IMG/VR virus record: IMGVR_UViG_3300047552_000880
Coordinates: 62,001-125,892 of that record
Source of the DNA: an uncultured virus (IMG/VR IMGVR_UViG_3300047552_000880)
Taxonomy: Duplodnaviria > Heunggongvirae > Uroviricota > Caudoviricetes
Reading direction: 5' to 3' (one strand)
DNA length: 63,892 nt
Part shown: one piece after another, positions 62,901 through 63,892 of the stretch
Position numbering within the stretch: position 1 is the first letter of the stretch
Layout: every line of letters begins with the position of its first letter
The notes under the pieces: generated by a model
Told to the model about the DNA's origin: nothing
Database searches by the model: none
Seen by the model: the letters and a program-made list of their open reading frames with translations, nothing else
Program-made: the position numbers and the translations under genes

Positions 62901-63892
62901 GAATGGTAAGATCGTTCTTCAGATGAACGAAAAGACTGCTGCAACTGATTCTCTGTACACACTCGGAAATAATGCCGATGGTTCTGGATTTACTTCGGTT
63001 GGCACATTATTGTTGCTTAACGTTGGTGATAATATTACATGGTCAACCCCTTATAAGATTCTTGGTCATAAAGGATTCACAACAGGAACCGCGTCTGCGC
63101 TACCAACTTTCACGTCAACTAACCCAAACAACCATGACTTCTTCTATAAAATAGACAAAGGCGCTGGTTATGGTAGTACATGGAAGAATCTGAAATACAC
63201 AAAGACTTCTGCATCAATAACTGCTGCATCAAAAAACATTACCATTACTACTACCGCTGCATCAGTCACAGGATCAATTGCAGGGGATGTTCTTACTGTC
63301 ACGGGAGTTACATCAGGTTCATTGTATGAAGGTATGGTATTATCGGGGACAGGTATTACTGCTAACACGGTAATTCTTGCTCAGACTTCTCAGACAGCCA
63401 GTTCAACTGGTCGAACCGGTACTTATACCGTTGGTATCATGAACTTCGCTGGTGGAACCTATACTATATCGGCTTCTAGTCAGACAGTTGCATCGACCGC
63501 TATCAGTGCCATTCAATCAACTTATGGAATTAACATCGGTGACACTGTTTTTGATGTAACGACTCCTGCCAACATGACTCTTGGAACAAAGGTCGCTTCC
63601 ATTACATCAGCAACAGTTTTTGTTACTGATACCAATACGGTCACAACGGCGACTGCGCAGGTATTAGCATTTTCTGCTATACACTCGGAGACAGGAATTG
63701 CTGCTGCAACTGGATTGTCGTTACAAATAAAGGCAGTATGCGGTGTTGCTGCAACTACCAACAGACTTACTACTATTGCGATACCAACTAAAACGGATTC
63801 GATATACCAACAGGCGCAGTATCCTTTGGAAGTTGTTACTCTGACATTGACAGGATTACAGGCAGGATCGACTGTGTATGCATTTCAGGGAA
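59983..63892 (+). CDS. Large T/G-rich virion appendage (tail fibre/spike-like) protein, 3'-truncated by the window
   Basis: Starts MAAITVDSNANYDLC after taagg; no stop noticed before the window end (>1300 codons); four ~70-aa repeats and a beta-helix-like middle. Confidence 0.8.
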   Translation, partial: MAAITVDSNANYDLCSGQTTGATMDTITVNNGQLLVNTDTKFCAGHTTTATASNGSLDNVTVAATAIGGELKLDGTNVKIIPYNGGSGTAPTQIATALVPTAATWSAGLVTLTFAAAHGYLAGDRIGVGSIKGLDELNGYCGVFTINTVPTTTTLTYAVAENPGTSTITNGKVIKYFTCSQVHTYNVTAASWSTNTITFTTTDTTYLAVGNSVVIAGAAPTGYNGTYTITSVPTSTTFTVAQVTNPGPWTSGGTITKTVVGTYLGAWSSFTAGPTTATIGASGYIKVKDVVNGPYKPGALTIQGGTTPVAKAITKETTGWIEVVGAELSTTPATYSIPRLGKFTVTGEWFYPLSLPFTLTTGTAWAANVTTYTTTAAHGLAVGSTVQIDGATPTGYNGTYTIVSVPTTTTFTVAQTVNPGTWTSGGAGYAQMKTNGVAQQTIQLPASGGTTVGTTPYAGVWVETSPGSGTYEFYANASNMTATASLFATDQYRGKVCYMGAAGLLRFGGDGTNAWGYLPPAGCAIRFGNVITVHATKVVTNGVSTQTVPNATLTNRPKFVTTSAGVVNIDKWMTAWYPIFQQAFSVNITNTGICDNLTISECASPFVLNNIGTGISVIASSAQSTVLNISVCFAGGTISNCYWNKFHNGTSGQYNQILSDIQNLTVTNDFGRVMTITTGGGGTARNATSGVISLTRVANSTWNNSTFIGGRCITFTCSNLTFTNTHYADSTAVATTTTTGMYAYSVESNSSNIKIDGIDFNGLLNVHPYAGLVAVLSASYNVKIRNIGSVLAPLNLGSANASGVVISGAAGGSCTNIEVKRVYCTNARTGVIASADNSYSGVVLENVWAGAALANTNITLNTYFKNIGGTNSTTGQTSVYGHTWQDFFTPVGATLTTGTAWSAGTTTYTTTAAHGLLAGDTVTISGVVATPFNVSGGFNGTYTVATVPTSTTFTVAMASTPGTWTSGGTTNPLNGKIVLQMNEKTAATDSLYTLGNNADGSGFTSVGTLLLLNVGDNITWSTPYKILGHKGFTTGTASALPTFTSTNPNNHDFFYKIDKGAGYGSTWKNLKYTKTSASITAASKNITITTTAASVTGSIAGDVLTVTGVTSGSLYEGMVLSGTGITANTVILAQTSQTASSTGRTGTYTVGIMNFAGGTYTISASSQTVASTAISAIQSTYGINIGDTVFDVTTPANMTLGTKVASITSATVFVTDTNTVTTATAQVLAFSAIHSETGIAAATGLSLQIKAVCGVAATTNRLTTIAIPTKTDSIYQQAQYPLEVVTLTLTGLQAGSTVYAFQG

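Noticed and set aside
380..63761. Numerous short minus-strand and nested alternative-frame ORFs in the track
   Set aside because: They lie within well-supported plus-strand genes and lack motifs; treated as shadow ORFs.
1..63892. Stop-codon reassignment
   Set aside because: Core genes are full length under the standard code, and TAA, TGA and TAG all end genes. The one broken gene is explained by a frameshift, and neither tRNA is a suppressor.

Overview
Almost entirely plus-strand segment of a T4-like myovirus genome, closer in gene style to environmental or cyanophage-type T4-likes than to coliphage T4 (ThyX, PhoH, Hsp20, gp32 without obvious Zn ligands, [A/T]TAAATA late promoters). It carries neck, tail and head genes (gp13-16, gp18-23, gp3), a lysis and membrane-protein cluster, and an island of probable internal head proteins where gp17 would normally sit. 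Replication, recombination and nucleotide genes follow: uvsY, uvsW, gp61, nrdAB, gp32, thyX, gp45/44/62, regA, gp43, uvsX and gp41. It also holds two tRNAs, two inteins (in the prohead protease and in NrdA), two free-standing homing endonucleases (one frameshifted) and a large tail-type gene running off the right edge. The most unexplained feature is a ~930 bp ORF-poor interval between gp3 and uvsY. On the minus strand it reads as promoters, then five short hairpin/pseudoknot units, then a ~550 nt densely base-paired region, making it a candidate large phage ncRNA system. All calls come from motif recognition and synteny by eye; no searches or folding programs were run.
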